NCBI RefSeq assembly: GCF_001194135.2
Contig: NC_068995.1
Span: forward strand, 4,376,387 to 4,440,386
Origin: Octopus bimaculoides
Lineage: Eukaryota
Direction: 5' to 3'
DNA: 64,000 nt
The notes under the pieces are model-generated. The model was not told the DNA's origin and made no database searches. It saw only the letters and a program-made list of their open reading frames with translations. Shown one piece after another: positions 24,200-38,040 of the stretch. The translations under genes and the position numbers were made by a program. The first letter of the stretch is position 1. Each line of letters starts with the position of its first letter.

Positions 24200-25057
24200 T
24201 TTTATCTTATTTAATAATCTCAGCTTCCGAGCTGCGTAGGTGCTGCAGCATCTCCTTTAGATTTGCTACTCTTTCCCTATTTCAAAGCACTTCTGATATG
24301 TGGTATTTGGTGACAAGGGATCCAGTTTTGTTTTGAAGATGTCTGCATCCACCCCACGTAGATCTGTCTGGCTCTGTGGGAGGATATTGAAGAGCTGTTG
24401 ACCCTTCAAATCCAATCTGTTGCAATGTCTGGTCTTGTATCCTGATGACAATGCTGGGTATTTTGGTACTATGGAGGCCGCCCCGATCTGTTGTTTATGT
24501 AAGTTTCAATGCCAATTTCTGGTAAAGATCTTCTAGGTTTTGCCAAATACATATCGCTGCGTATTTTCCGGCCATCATTCTGAGTAAAGATTTAACTTTT
24601 TAGTTTTTCGTAGTAGCTCACATATTACATTGAGAAGATCTTCTTTGTGTATCTTCGCTGGATTGCTTCGATTTCCGTCGTCAGTTTTATATTGTGGTGA
24701 TCAAATGTGTCAGAGATAATCTAAATGGTTGAGGACAAATGTCCTCAAGAAGACTGTCATGGTTTCCTGTTCTCTCGTTCTGAAAGTTCTGAGCATTTAT
24801 CTGGGCAGCCGTCTGCATATCATTGTTATTGCCAATTTAGTAATATGCACCTGGAAGAACGCATCATTACCTGTGTCAATGCCTAAGTTGCGCATTGATT
24901 TTGATTCCGAAATTGAAACCCCTCCGGGGCCAGTGTTTCCTATCTGCATTTTATTCAGCTTCGCGTTTTAGTAGCGCAGAGTTTGGAATTTTCCAGTATT
25001 AAACTGCATGTTACTGCTCTCAACCCATCTGTAGATTGTGTCCAATACCTCTTGTAG
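24195..25057 (-). mobile_element. 5'-truncated CR1-like LINE (ORF2 post-RT region, 3' UTR and tail)
   Basis: The minus strand reads LQEVLDTIYRWVESSNMQFNTGKFQTLRY...SMRNLGID...MLRTFRTREQETM...LDY...EAIQRRYTKKI...RHCNRLDLKGQQLFNILPQSQTDLRGVDADIFKTKLD and ends in ...taaataagataaaagaata. It has multiple stops and frameshifts. Confidence 0.88.
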
Positions 25058-26028
25058 TTGCGCATCAAATCCAGAGGGCGGTAACTGGATTTCATTTTAC
25101 TTTTGAGTACGTCTCTCATTGTCTCTCTTCATTTTTCTTTCTCTTTCACTCTCACCCTCTCCATCTACCTGTCTATCTGTCTCTCTCTGACTGTATGTCT
25201 TTCAATCTGTCTGTCTATCACATTCTTTCTTTCAAACGAGACAATGCACCGACATGCGTATTATTTTCACAATTTCGAGGAGTATTTTTTATTGTCATTA
25301 AAATTAGAATATGTTTTAAATTATTCCAAAATAAATTCGTTCAATAATGGAATGACAAAATTTAAGATACAAAAAACAACACAATTATTCAAAACATGAT
25401 AGTTTTCTTTTGGTTTGACAGAATTTTATACCATTCCATTATACGTTTGTCTGAAATCCATACATTTACATAAATAATAGAATTGACATATCGTAATATG
25501 TAAGTCTTGCGAGCATTGATCTTAACACCAAATACATTTGACATAAGTTAAGTCAGGATTTGGTAAACACACGTTAATTCAATTGTCACTGTCCGTACTG
25601 CACATGTACATCTGTGTGTGCGTGTGTGTATGTGTATGTGTGTGTGTGTGTACATACATATACTAAAAAACGAAAAATAAGACAATGCATTGAGAAAATT
25701 ATCATGGATAATGAGTCAAAATATTTTATAATAATTTATCAAAGTATGCTACCGGTTTCAGTCGTTGAAAACAGCGATTTAGTCATGCTGAAATACAATG
25801 GCAAATACATTGATAGTTGTTAAATTAATCATTCACAATATCAGTTTGAAAAACAGTGTGATTTTAATCTCTAGGTAAAACAATGTTATGAAGAAAACTT
25901 AAAACTTCATTTAAATCGGTTAAGTAAGGCTTAAATTGGTTTGCTAGCCTACTTTCATACACCTCAGAAGGACATACACAAAGACACGCGTAAACCGATG
26001 CTAGAACGTTCACAAACACACATAAACA

Positions 26029-26073
<45 letters not shown>

Positions 26074-27387
26074 NNNNNNNNNNNNNNNNNNNNNNNNNNN
26101 NNNNNNNNNNNNNNNNNNNNNNNNNNNNNNNNNNNNNNNNNNNNNNNNNNNNNNNNNNNNNNNNNNNNNNNNNNNNNNNNNNNNNNNNNNNNNNNNNNNN
26201 NNNNNNNNNNNNNNNNNNNNNNNNNNNNNNNNNNNNNNNNNNNNNNNNNNNNNNNNNNNNNNNNNNNNNNNNNNNNNNNNNNNNNNNNNNNNNNNNNNNN
26301 NNNNNNNNNNNNNNNNNNNNNNNNNNNNNNNNNNNNNNNNNNNNNNNNNNNNNNNNNNNNNNNNNNNNNNNNNNNNNNNNNNNNNNNNNNNNNNNNNNNN
26401 NNNNNNNNNNNNNNNNNNNNNNNNNNNNNNNNNNNNNNNNNNNNNNNNNNNTATATATATATATATGCATATATATTTAACATTGAGCGCGCGTGCGTAT
26501 GTATGTATGCAAGTACCTGCTTGTGTTTCGTGTATGTGTGAATAACATTATTTGATTAACGCAAATGATACTAAAGTACTATTGTCTTCTCCGATCTATT
26601 ATCAATAAAAACAGTTGTTGAAATACTCGTTCTTATCTATAATCACGCCGAAGGTGAGTCGGTCGTAATGGGGGTGGGAATGATGTATAAATGGTTAACA
26701 GGTTATATACAGTGTAATAGTTTGTGTTGTCTTGGTAGCCAACTTTTAACGAAACAAGAAATTTTATTGGCCATATTCTATAAAACGGGGAGCACTTATT
26801 GACATAGATATTTACTGTAAGTATTCTAAACGTGTGCCGTTAGTATTAGTATTATTGGTTTCAAATCCTAGCACAAGACCAAATATGGTTAGTAATATAA
26901 ATAATAGTGATTCTTCTTCCATATAAAATCTAATACGTGATCTATCTTGGTAGGTTGTACTGCAAGTTTAATATATAAAGCTTAGAGAAGTGTGTTTTAT
27001 ATAGATATATTGTGAACGGTGTATGCATCAAATTATATTTCTATTTTTTGTCGTCTGTTTATCAGTCATTCCATTTGTATGAATACATTCTATATTTGCT
27101 ATTTCTATTGTATATATATATATAGACATGCATGTGTGTGCGTGTGCGTGAGTGAGTGTATGCGCGTGTGTGTGTGTGTGTGTGAGTGTGTGTGTGTGTC
27201 TGTGTGTGGGTGCGTACGTGTATCTGTGTGCTTGTATGTATACACACATACATACATATATATATAGTTGTGTGTCTATGTATGCTTGTATGTATGTATA
27301 CGCATATCTGTAAGTACAACTGAATATATATACACATATTTACAGACACTTACATGTATATTCTATACATTCACTCAAATACAAACA

Positions 27388-27428
<41 letters not shown>

Positions 27429-27478
27429 GACTATATAAGTTTATATATATGAACACACATAAGTAAATATATATTTAT

Positions 27479-27530
<52 letters not shown>

Positions 27531-28074
27531 CTGAGTATGTGCTTGCGTGTGGTCATCTATATACACACCTATATATTTGATTATCAGATGGAGAGAGAGA
27601 AAGAGAGAGAATGGAAAAACTGAAAACGGAGAAAGAGAGAGAGTGTGTGTGAGGTGTGGCGATCTAAATGTTTCCTTTACGTTACATTTTCACAATAAAA
27701 TTATTTTTCGCAATTTAAATCGTTGCATTTAAATACATTTAAAACAATAGCTAAATATTAATATTGTTTATAAATATTTTTCTGCTTATCGAGAATTCTT
27801 TGCACATTCTCATTTTCTTTATAATAACCTGAAATAAATTCATCATCCTCCTTTTATTTTTATAACATTTTTCTCGTTTTTGTTCTTTTTAACTTGCTCT
27901 ACATTCAATCCTACTCTTAAATCTCATATTCTTGTATTCTTTTTCATTTGATTTTTCGTCCATTCTTAATTTATAGCCCACCGTCTTCTTTCCTCTTCTC
28001 TCAAACTGTTTTATCCTAACTACCACCCTCTCTCATTCTCATCCCATTTTCTCGTTTGTTTTTCGTTATTCATG

Positions 28075-28291
28075 CTGGCGAGCTAGCAGAAAAGTTAGTA
28101 TGCTAGGCGAAATGCTTAGCGGTATTTCGTCTACCGTTACCTTCTGAGTTCAAAATCTGCCGCGGTTGACTTTGCTTTTCATCTTTTCGAGGTCGATAAA
28201 TTAAGTACCAGTTGCGTACTGGGGTCGATCTAATCGACTGACCCCGCCTCCCTAAAAATTTCGGGTCTTGTGCCTCGAGTAGAAAAGATTA
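28075..28291 (+). mobile_element. Full-length dominant SINE (AGAAAAGAAT-type tail)
   Basis: Head ggcgagctagcagaaaagttag, B box gagttcaaa, central block, tail gtgcctcgagtagaaaagatt. Confidence 0.9.
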
Positions 28292-28565
28292 TTCAATTTT
28301 TAAGAAGGCGGCGAGCTTGCAGGACGCCGAACCAAACGCCAAGCATTATTTCTTGTCTTTACGATCTGCGTTCTAAACGTAAGCAACCGTTGAACTTTCC
28401 ACTCATCTCACCACGAATGCGCAACAACCGCTACTATTGTTAATACTGATACTACACTTTTCATTCCTACTAATACTACTGCTGCAGTTGTTGTTAGTAG
28501 CTCTGAACCCCTTCTATTACCACCACAGCTGCTGTTACTACCACTGCCAATGCTACTACTACCAT

Positions 28566-28783
28566 TGGTTTCAAATTTTGGCACAAATCCAGCAACGTTA
28601 AGGGCGGAGTAAATCGACTACATTGGATCCAGCAGTTGACTGGTACTTTATTTCATCGACCCCGAAAGAATGAAAGGTAAAGTTGACCTGGGTGATATTC
28701 GAACTCAGAACGTAAAAAAGTCGGTGAGTTGCCGCTAAGCATTTTGCTCCCGACCTGCTCACGACTCTGCCAGCTCACCGCCT
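28566..28783 (-). mobile_element. Full-length dominant SINE (GCCAAAATTTGAAACC-type tail)
   Basis: Reverse complement of the family, from tggtttcaaattttggcacaa to ctctgccagctcaccgcctt. Confidence 0.88.
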
Positions 28784-29159
28784 TCGGATCTACGCTTCTA
28801 ACATTACCGCTATACTACTTTTACGATCACTATCACCACTAATGCTACTACAACCGATACTACTGCAGCAAACGCAATGGCAATGAAAATATCAGCAAGA
28901 TTAACAATTGCTACAACTATAACAAGAACATCAACACGAATGGCAAAATAACAGAAGAGAATATATTAAGAAAAATAACAATAACAGAAACAATTATAAC
29001 TGGAACAATGAAAGTGACACTAAATAAAAAGAAAGATCGATCCTGATATGAGTAATGTTAGCAACAACAAAATTAATTTACAGAAATTCATTTATCGTAA
29101 TTGACTTAAATTATTGTCTGCTACAAGTCTGACTTTCACATTGATATACATATAACTGA

Positions 29160-29310
29160 CAAGGCGGAAAGCTGGTAGAATCGTTAACGCGCTGGGAAAA
29201 GTTCTTAGATGTATTTCTTCTGTCTTTACAATACGAGTTCGAATCCTTCCGGAATTTGAATTTTTCCTTTTTTTTTTTTAATCCTTTGGTGGTCGATAAA
29301 ATAAGTACCG
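29160..29310 (+). mobile_element. Dominant SINE truncated by an assembly gap
   Basis: aaggcggaaagctggtagaatcgttaacgcgctggg...gagttcgaatcc...ggtcgataaaataagtacc. Confidence 0.75.
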
Positions 29311-29783
29311 NNNNNNNNNNNNNNNNNNNNNNNNNNNNNNNNNNNNNNNNNNNNNNNNNNNNNNNNNNNNNNNNNNNNNNNNNNNNNNNNNNNNNNNNNN
29401 NNNNNNNNNNNNNNNNNNNNNNNNNNNNNNNNNNNNNNNNNNNNNNNNNNNNNNNNNNNNNNNNNNNNNNNNNNNNNNNNNNNNNNNNNNNNNNNNNNNN
29501 NNNNNNNNNNNNNNNNNNNNNNNNNNNNNNNNNNNNNNNNNNNNNNNNNNNNNNNNNNNNNNNNNNNNNNNNNNNNNNNNNNNNNNNNNNNNNNNNNNNN
29601 NNNNNNNNNNNNNNNNNNNNNNNNNNNNNNNNNNNNNNNNNNGATTGAGTACTTTTCTTTTAGTTTAGTTATTAAGTAAATCGTCCATTTATTAAATTTC
29701 ATAAAATTTTACAAGATTAATAAAATTTCGATACTTTTTAAGATTTCAGACATTCATGTAAATATGAGAGAGATGATCAATAA

Positions 29784-30011
29784 TACAGTAATCCTTCGAC
29801 AATTGCTGCTGTTACGTTCCAAAACCCCCTGCGATAGGTGAAAATCCGCGAAGTAGAAACCAGTACTGTATTGTATATATTTTTTTAATTATGTTTATAA
29901 TTTGTATATATTTATTTTATTACAAATGCAAAACAACACCACGGAGGAATCGACGTAAACTTAAATAATAAACCGCGATAGGTGAACGGGATACGGTGAG
30001 GGGTTATTGTT
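29784..30011 (+). mobile_element. Non-autonomous MITE, Tc1/mariner superfamily (Tigger/pogo-like CAGT...ACTG ends)
   Basis: Starts tacagtaatccttcg and ends gaggggttattgt. It has subterminal gcgataggtgaa repeats and is homologous to 53230-53458. Confidence 0.8.
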
Positions 30012-30859
30012 ACTGGGGTTACAGAATCATGGATCAGTAGAATGCCGGACAAAAGATACTATATTAAATTACGTCCCCCTTACGGCATCATAATCGTGCC
30101 GAAGTCGCTTTTGCATATTATAGTTCACAGAACGATAATCAAGTCCTGGAATGGACTTTAAAGGCTTATAGATTTGAAATATTTGGAAACAATGATGCTT
30201 ATTTAGAAAAAATACACAATTTGTGATTTACTTACATTCTTTTACGTTCTAGGTTCAAATCCAGCTGATGTCGATTTGATTTTACAACCGTTTTAGGAGT
30301 CGTTAAATAAAGCGTCACTTCAATACTGGGGCTTTATATTTTCCTCCATAATTTCTGGCCTTCTGCCGCTTTGAGAAAAATTTATTTTTAACTGGGCCCT
30401 GATCCTGGCGGTGAAGGATCCGATGGTGAGCGCTTAATTCACAATTGATAATGTTCGCGTTTTGAGTTCCAATATCGCCTGAGGTTTAAATTTTTATTAT
30501 TCCAGAATCGATAATATTAAACTTATTTCCAGGTTTGTAATTAATTATTTAATAATAAAGAAATGAAATTGAACCAGTGCGTGTGCTTATTATTGGCGTA
30601 TCGTGCCGCACCCCAAGATACAACAAAAGACTTGAATTTTATATTACAATCGTTTTATTAAGAAAATGATAAACAACGGAAGGAGAGACATCACCATCAT
30701 CATCTTCATCTTCACCATCATCATCGTCGTCATCGTCGTCGTCATCATCATCATCATCATCATCATCATTATTACTGCATGCACCGATATTTAACTCACA
30801 TTGAAAATTTCATTATTACGATTGTCCATGTAATAAAGGACAAGAGCAACAGCAACAAA

Positions 30860-30894
<35 letters not shown>

Positions 30895-30914
30895 TGGTGA
30901 CGATGACGATGAGT

Positions 30915-30960
<46 letters not shown>

Positions 30961-31284
30961 AGAGAGAGAGAGAAGAAGGATGAGGGCAGGAATGGGGAAG
31001 AGGGTCGCAGCAGTAGCAGAATTCGATTCTCACAGCATCATTGGAAATTTTATGATTATAATTGAAAGGAAAAAGAATGGTAGAAATGGTAAACTGGACA
31101 GAAGAAATAATAATTAATAGAATTTATGTAGCATTATGAAAGTAGTGAGGTTAATGTTAGAAAGAAGAAAGAGTTGGAATGTCTTGGAGGAAATAGAATG
31201 GTTGGCGAAAGCATCAAAAGGAAAAGAATAGAGAAGTTATGAGAGACTATTGGGAAATAATACCGAGGAATGGAAGATCCTTCA

Positions 31285-31735
31285 TCAGTTTCGACGATGA
31301 GCACTCAGTCGTGGGTCTGACTTGCTCGTGATTCTATCGTGTAAGTGGTTGAGTATATCACAGATATGTGAAGCTTTAACTTCATTCTCAGTTTCGATCG
31401 GTGTGGCGTGACTGCAACGTTGAATTACAAGAAGAGTTGAGAGAGTGTCTTGAATCCGGCATCTGAGATCACATTTCTTAACAGAAACTGGTAATCCGTT
31501 GGCTTAAAGTGCAAGTGGCCGAACATTTCATAGACACGCATAATACACTAAACGTATTTTTCAGGGGGATTCAACGTGACGCAGAATGTAACAAGGCTGG
31601 CCCTTTGAATTAATGGTACAACTCGTTTTTGTTAGCAAAAGCAATGTGAAATAAAGCGTCCTTTTCAAGGACTGAACGCGCTGCCGGAAATCGAACTCAC
31701 GGCCTAACGATCGGGAACCGAATACACGCCTTCAC
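31285..31735 (-). mobile_element. Degenerate relative of the SINE at 20572
   Basis: gtgcaagtggccgaac...gattcaacgtgacgcagaatgtaacaaggctggccctttgaa and ccggaaatcgaactc match the 20572 element. Confidence 0.65.
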
Positions 31736-32515
31736 TGAATCCCATTTCCAATCCTGAACACAACACCAATGAAAGAATACGAACCTACACAAGAACTGCA
31801 ACTGATTCACCTTATCGAATCGAAACAAATCCGCTGAGGTTTTTCGGCCCCCAAATCCATGATTATCTCACCGATCTAAATACAAATCAATAATCTCAAC
31901 AGATAAATAAGAAATTAATTAATCAATTAATACGTCAGGAGATGAATGAAAGAAAGTTTGAATTATAGTTGTGAAATATCACAAGACAGTTTACAATGTA
32001 ATCAAGACTAAATCTTGCCGTGTGATTTCCACTCAATAATTCGGTTTAAGTTGGCTTATCTTTCTTTTAACCGCTAATGAAAGACGCAGACACATTATTA
32101 GTCATCTATCTTATCTATAACTTTAATATATGTCTATCGTTCGTTGAATGTGGCCATGCACAGCTTCACAATCAGGCTTTAGTCAATCATATCAGCCCCC
32201 GTATTTCTATCTGCTGCTCGTTTCAGTAAAACCAAATGGCATAAAGGTAAACGTGTCGGAATCACGTCTGCAAGACCGTGCTTTCAATTCCCATGTTAGA
32301 CAGTACATAGTGCTGCTGTGTGAAGTGTTATTTCACATTGCGCCAGACGTTTCATCTATAAAATCAATTCCAATAATAGATAGTGAGGTTAATGTCAAGG
32401 ATTCAATTCTCAGATTAGGCAGTATGTTCTCGAGGGAAACATAATGTCACGTTGCCTTAATCCTCTCAGGTAAGCTCCGTACCAACAACAGATGGAGTAT
32501 CATTGTACTCTCTCG

Positions 32516-32558
32516 GTTGTCATGGCAACCGTATTAAGTTCCTGCTTATTGAGCCAAT
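32516..32558. promoter_or_regulatory. Candidate RFX X-box with nearby CCAAT box
   Basis: GTTGTCATGGCAAC (32516-32529) is a near-perfect X-box palindrome and GAGCCAATAG (32551-32560) fits NF-Y. Both lie in non-repetitive sequence. This is a motif match only. Confidence 0.35.
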
Positions 32559-32721
32559 AGATACGTGAGGAACCGAAGACATTGAGTCTTATTTTCTGGA
32601 AGCACTCACTTGCTGGACATAAGGTCGTAGAATACAAAAATATCACCGATTACATTACAGGATCAGTGATAGACACACGTTTTATACACATAATCACATA
32701 CACACACAGATAGAAAGAGAT

Positions 32722-32783
<62 letters not shown>

Positions 32784-32784
32784 T

Positions 32785-32836
<52 letters not shown>

Positions 32837-33588
32837 ACAGACAGACAGAGAGACAGACGGACGGACGGACGGACGGACGGACAGACAGACGGATATGGAT
32901 GTACATAAGCAAAATCTTTCAGGTATGGATGTACATAAGTATAAGAGAATAAGGACAAACACAAGTTTATATTATTGTCCTGTATTAGGACAATGGATTA
33001 ACAAAATCTTTAGAGCGTCAGAAAATAATTGCTTTGCGGTACTCGTTTCTCACTCCTCACGTTTTCAACTCGAATCCCGTTGGGGGTCAGCTCCAGTCTC
33101 TCATCAATCCAAGACCAACAAAATAAAGGCTCAGTCGAGTACTAACGGTCGATGGCCGCGAATAACCCCACGACCTTCTCTCAAAATTAATGATTAGTAA
33201 CTGAATCAGTAAGTGAAAAAACGTGTTATGCTGTACATCAATCATTTTTAAAGACCTAAAACCGATTTCTTTAAAAATATGGTTCAAATTTATGGGAAAA
33301 TTAGAAACAAAATAGAAAGTATTGGAAGTGTAAATACCATTTCTTGAGACATTCATTGAATTTTGCTGTTTATAATTCCTATTTCCTTACCAAATTCCTT
33401 CTGTTTAACCAAGGAAACACATATTTTCTGAGAAAATTCTACAAAAAAACAAGTGAATGATTTATTTTAAGAGACTTGTTAACGTTTATTTTCTTAATTT
33501 TCGCTTTTATTTCTCTCTACAATCATATATACTTTTTATATGATTGTAGTGTGTATGCGTGTGTATGCGTGTTAGTACACACACACAA

Positions 33589-33648
<60 letters not shown>

Positions 33649-33955
33649 GTATCTATGTATGTGTGTGTCCGTGTGTGTGTATGTGTACGTGTATATGTGG
33701 GTATGTATTTATGTACGCATGTTTGCATGTATAGGTGTGAGCTTATGAATATATGTACGCATATGTGTATGAATGCATATCTACAAATGTATATATATAT
33801 ATATATCAGCATGCTTGTTTATGTATACATATATATTCAAGTGCGTATATATGTGGGTATGTATGTATGTATGTTTGCTTACATGCACATATGCATGCGT
33901 GAATTCGTTTGTGCATGAAAATGTGCATGTATTCAGTTATACACATGTATATGCA

Positions 33956-33987
<32 letters not shown>

Positions 33988-34002
33988 TCAGGGAGAGAGA
34001 GA

Positions 34003-34044
<42 letters not shown>

Positions 34045-35218
34045 ACGCACACATTGAGATATAAATGTGTATACAGGGATATAAGCAGGTAAGTTTTTAT
34101 GGATGCCTGCATGCACACGTGTGTACATGTATGTAGGAATGTTTAACGTGCATATGTATATATGTATGTATATATGTGCGTATGTATGTATGTATTTTTT
34201 GTGTGAGTATCCGTATGTATGGAGGTAGGTACGTTCGTATGATAATCTAACATGGATTCAATAATATTCACTTGTGACATGTAAAATGAGAAACCGTTGT
34301 ACTTTTAAATTGTATAGATTTATTTAAATTGCATTTATTTATTTCTTTATTCAATATGAAACAATTTCCTCCTCTCCCCATCACCCTTTCGCTCCTCCCG
34401 TTGCTCTTCTTTTACCAACACACACACACGCACAAGAACACTTTTATACACGCAACTATATACAGACACACACTCGAACACTAAACGACGTATATGTAAA
34501 TACACACAAACACACCACACACAAACACACACACACACACTCACAGCCTCTTTATCTTTTTCTCTCTTTATCTCTCACTTTCTAACCACATTAATGGACT
34601 TATTGGTTCCATCGTAAATGGAATTTTCATGAAATTTTCCAGAACTTTTTGCGTGTTCTCGTCTATGAAATATACAAAATAGAAGAGTAAAAAAAAAAAT
34701 TAAAAAAGACGAGAAAATAAAACTGGAATAAAATCGTTAAACGTATTTGCATAATTTTAAAGTTTTATAATTATTATTTGTATTCTTTGAGGAGCGACTG
34801 CATAGAGACATTCTCGTCGGTTCATTGTGTTCTTGATGTTGTTCTCAACTGATAATTTTGGCTTGTTCATGTTGTTGTTGTCGCTGCTTTTATTTTTATT
34901 TCTATCATTGTCGTTGTTGTTGTTGTTTTTGCTGTTGTTTCTTTTCCGTTTACTTTCTTTTTGTAGCGGTTAGCAATGCAGCAAAAGCTGAAAACGAATC
35001 CGTGTTCTTTTAAAAGACGAGCCGTACGAAATAGCAGGATCGGCAAAAATAATGCATTTAAATTTATTTGCACACATTTACTTCTATTGAGTTCAAACCT
35101 TTAGTTTGGCGAACGTTTGTTTCGCCTGCTAGATTTATACATCTTCATTAAGGCATTTATAATTATATGTGATGAATGTATATCATCTGTGAGTTTATTT
35201 TAAAAGGCCGCAATTTAC

Positions 35219-35281
35219 CTGGCACTCTCGATGGCCGCTGCTGAGGTGAATCTTCGTCTTCCTCTGACATTTATTGTGTTT
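35219..35281 (-). other. Candidate 63-bp exon of an unknown gene
   Basis: Acceptor cctatattag and donor CCAG/GTAAAT flank a locally GC-rich block. It reads MSEEDEDSPQQRPSRVP from an internal ATG and is also open in the other two frames. Confidence 0.3.
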
Positions 35282-37228
35282 CTAATATAGGACGTCCAAA
35301 AGAGATATTGTCTCCGCACAAATATCACACTGACAGCCCTCTTGATGTGTGTACACATTATAAATGGATGGCTATGACTGTGTGATTATGGGTATGGCTT
35401 GCACTATTAATGATGTATATCCTATAAAATTTTGTTGAGTATGGATGTATTGTCAGCTTATGTTTTCTTATTTGGTTTTGCTTTGTGTTGCGTGGCGTAA
35501 CCCAGTCTTATAAGAGATCTACATACGTACATACATACAGAAGCATATTCATATATTCATACATTTACGTGTATATACACACATGTATACATACATGCAT
35601 ATATACACACCTGACTAAATACATACATATGGTCTATAATTATAAAGCGTTTTATACAAGTTAAATTTGATCATTTTTTAAATTCATGTTTTGTTTTGAT
35701 GCATATTTCAGATTTGCGGAAACCTGCAGGCAATTAAGCACATACATCTATAAATATGTATGCATGTATGCACGTGTATATGTATACACACACACACAGA
35801 CACACACACTCGTGTATACGTATTTGAGAAGTGTTCTAACATTTTGCTTCAAGGATAGCAGAGTTGTTACAAGACAAGACGCTGTGGAATGATCAATGAT
35901 TTTGTCCAGTTACTTCCAGACAATTCACAAGTTTACAATGACCAACATTTGTGAAAGTGACTTCCAGACAATTCGCCTTCGACAACATTTCGAAGATGGT
36001 TACGAAACAATGATTCACTATGCAGGAGAAAGTGACATTTCGAAATATCAATGAATAGCCGTGCTCGCAATACGAAAAACGGTTCTCAGATAACGCTGAT
36101 TTTTTTTTTTTCTCTTTTTTGTCAATTTTATTATTTGTTACGAATTAAAATACAAACAAAAAAATATAAAACTATTGTTTCCTTTCCAGCATGCTGTTGT
36201 GTCGGAACACTTTTCGCACAGGAAATACACACGGATGTGTTTCATCACATTATATGAAAGAGTATATTTTTATTGCGATTTCTCTGCACAGAATGTGACC
36301 GAAAGTCGCAGACATTCGATCTAAATCAGTACTCAACCAACTTTTTGGTTTATTTATTTCACATATACATTTATTTTTTTAATTAAATTCAGTAATCTGA
36401 GAAATATGTATATTTGTATGTAGGTGTACACACGGTAGACACATCGGTATATATCTGTGCGTGTATCTGTGTGTGCGTGCAAGTCTGTGTATCTGTGAAT
36501 CTGTGTGTGTCTGTGTGTCTGTGTGTTTGTGTCTGTGTGTGTCTGTGGTTGAGTGTTTATCGAAATTAGGTTGACAATGCGTATGCAGAAGTAATGTAGT
36601 TTTGGCGGCCATATTCATTTTGTCACTATCTTTCTGATAAATCGGCATCAAGACACAACACCACACAGACACAACGCAAAAACACATGTATAGCGTGGAC
36701 AAATACCACTGAGTGAACATTTCGACGTTAATACCAGACGTCAAACAAACAAATTAAATAAGGAAAATTCGTTTATTAAAAAGTACAAACCACGCCTGAA
36801 ACTGCGATTAAAACATCACTTAATATGCAATTGGCGTTTTTTACTATAAATGTTATGTGACATATCCACTGAACAAACATTTCGGCGTGACATTCTCAAA
36901 CGGCTCACACCTGATCTTAACACATTAACGCTGTAAAAAACTAACTGGAAATTCCTTTCACTCACCAGATGACTATCCTCAACCAATTCGCACGTTAAAT
37001 AGAAAGTTCTGAGCCACAGTCATTCTATAGAAATAAACGATGTCTACAGCAGCGGCGAGAATAGACAGATTTTGCAACACAGCTCCACATACCATCAACT
37101 TTCGAAAATCAAATGGGAAACGGGCTAAGTATATACATATGTGCGTATGTGCGTGTGTATGTGTGTGTGTGTCTGTCTGTCTATCTGTCTCTGTATATAT
37201 ATACATAAATACATACATACATGCATTC

Positions 37229-37280
<52 letters not shown>

Positions 37281-37520
37281 GGATAGAAAGAAAGATAGGT
37301 AGTTTAGATTTTGAACAAAGCATGTGCACACAACCTGAGTGTTGGTTGGAATCACAGGCGTGGTATAAAAGTCTGCATAACAACGTGCGTTATTGGCAAG
37401 AAATTACAACTATCTCATATTTTAATACGGTGTACATTAAATTATGCGTACATATATGAATACACACACATACATACACATATATACATGTATATATAAA
37501 TATATATGTACATATATATG

Positions 37521-37612
<92 letters not shown>

Positions 37613-37619
37613 GAGAGAA

Positions 37620-37652
<33 letters not shown>

Positions 37653-37993
37653 TGCAGATGTGTGAGAGTGTGTGTATCTGTGTGTACATTCAATTATTAA
37701 TTACATGAAGTACACAGTTGAACCTGCCACTGTGTGTGTGTGTACGTATGCATTGAGTGTGTCTGTTTATTTGATATATGATTTCGTAAACATTAATAAT
37801 GGTCGATATATGAGCTCAAGTGCTACTCCAAACATATCGATCAATTATTCATCCCTGTGTCACAACGAAATCTGACAAGATATGTTTTTCTCCGGTCGGC
37901 CTCTCGAAAACCTCTAATCGGTTTTTGAAAGCCTCTTAACACAGATTTATACATGCATGTATGCTGACATATACCAATATAACGCTTTCTCTT

Positions 37994-38040
<47 letters not shown>

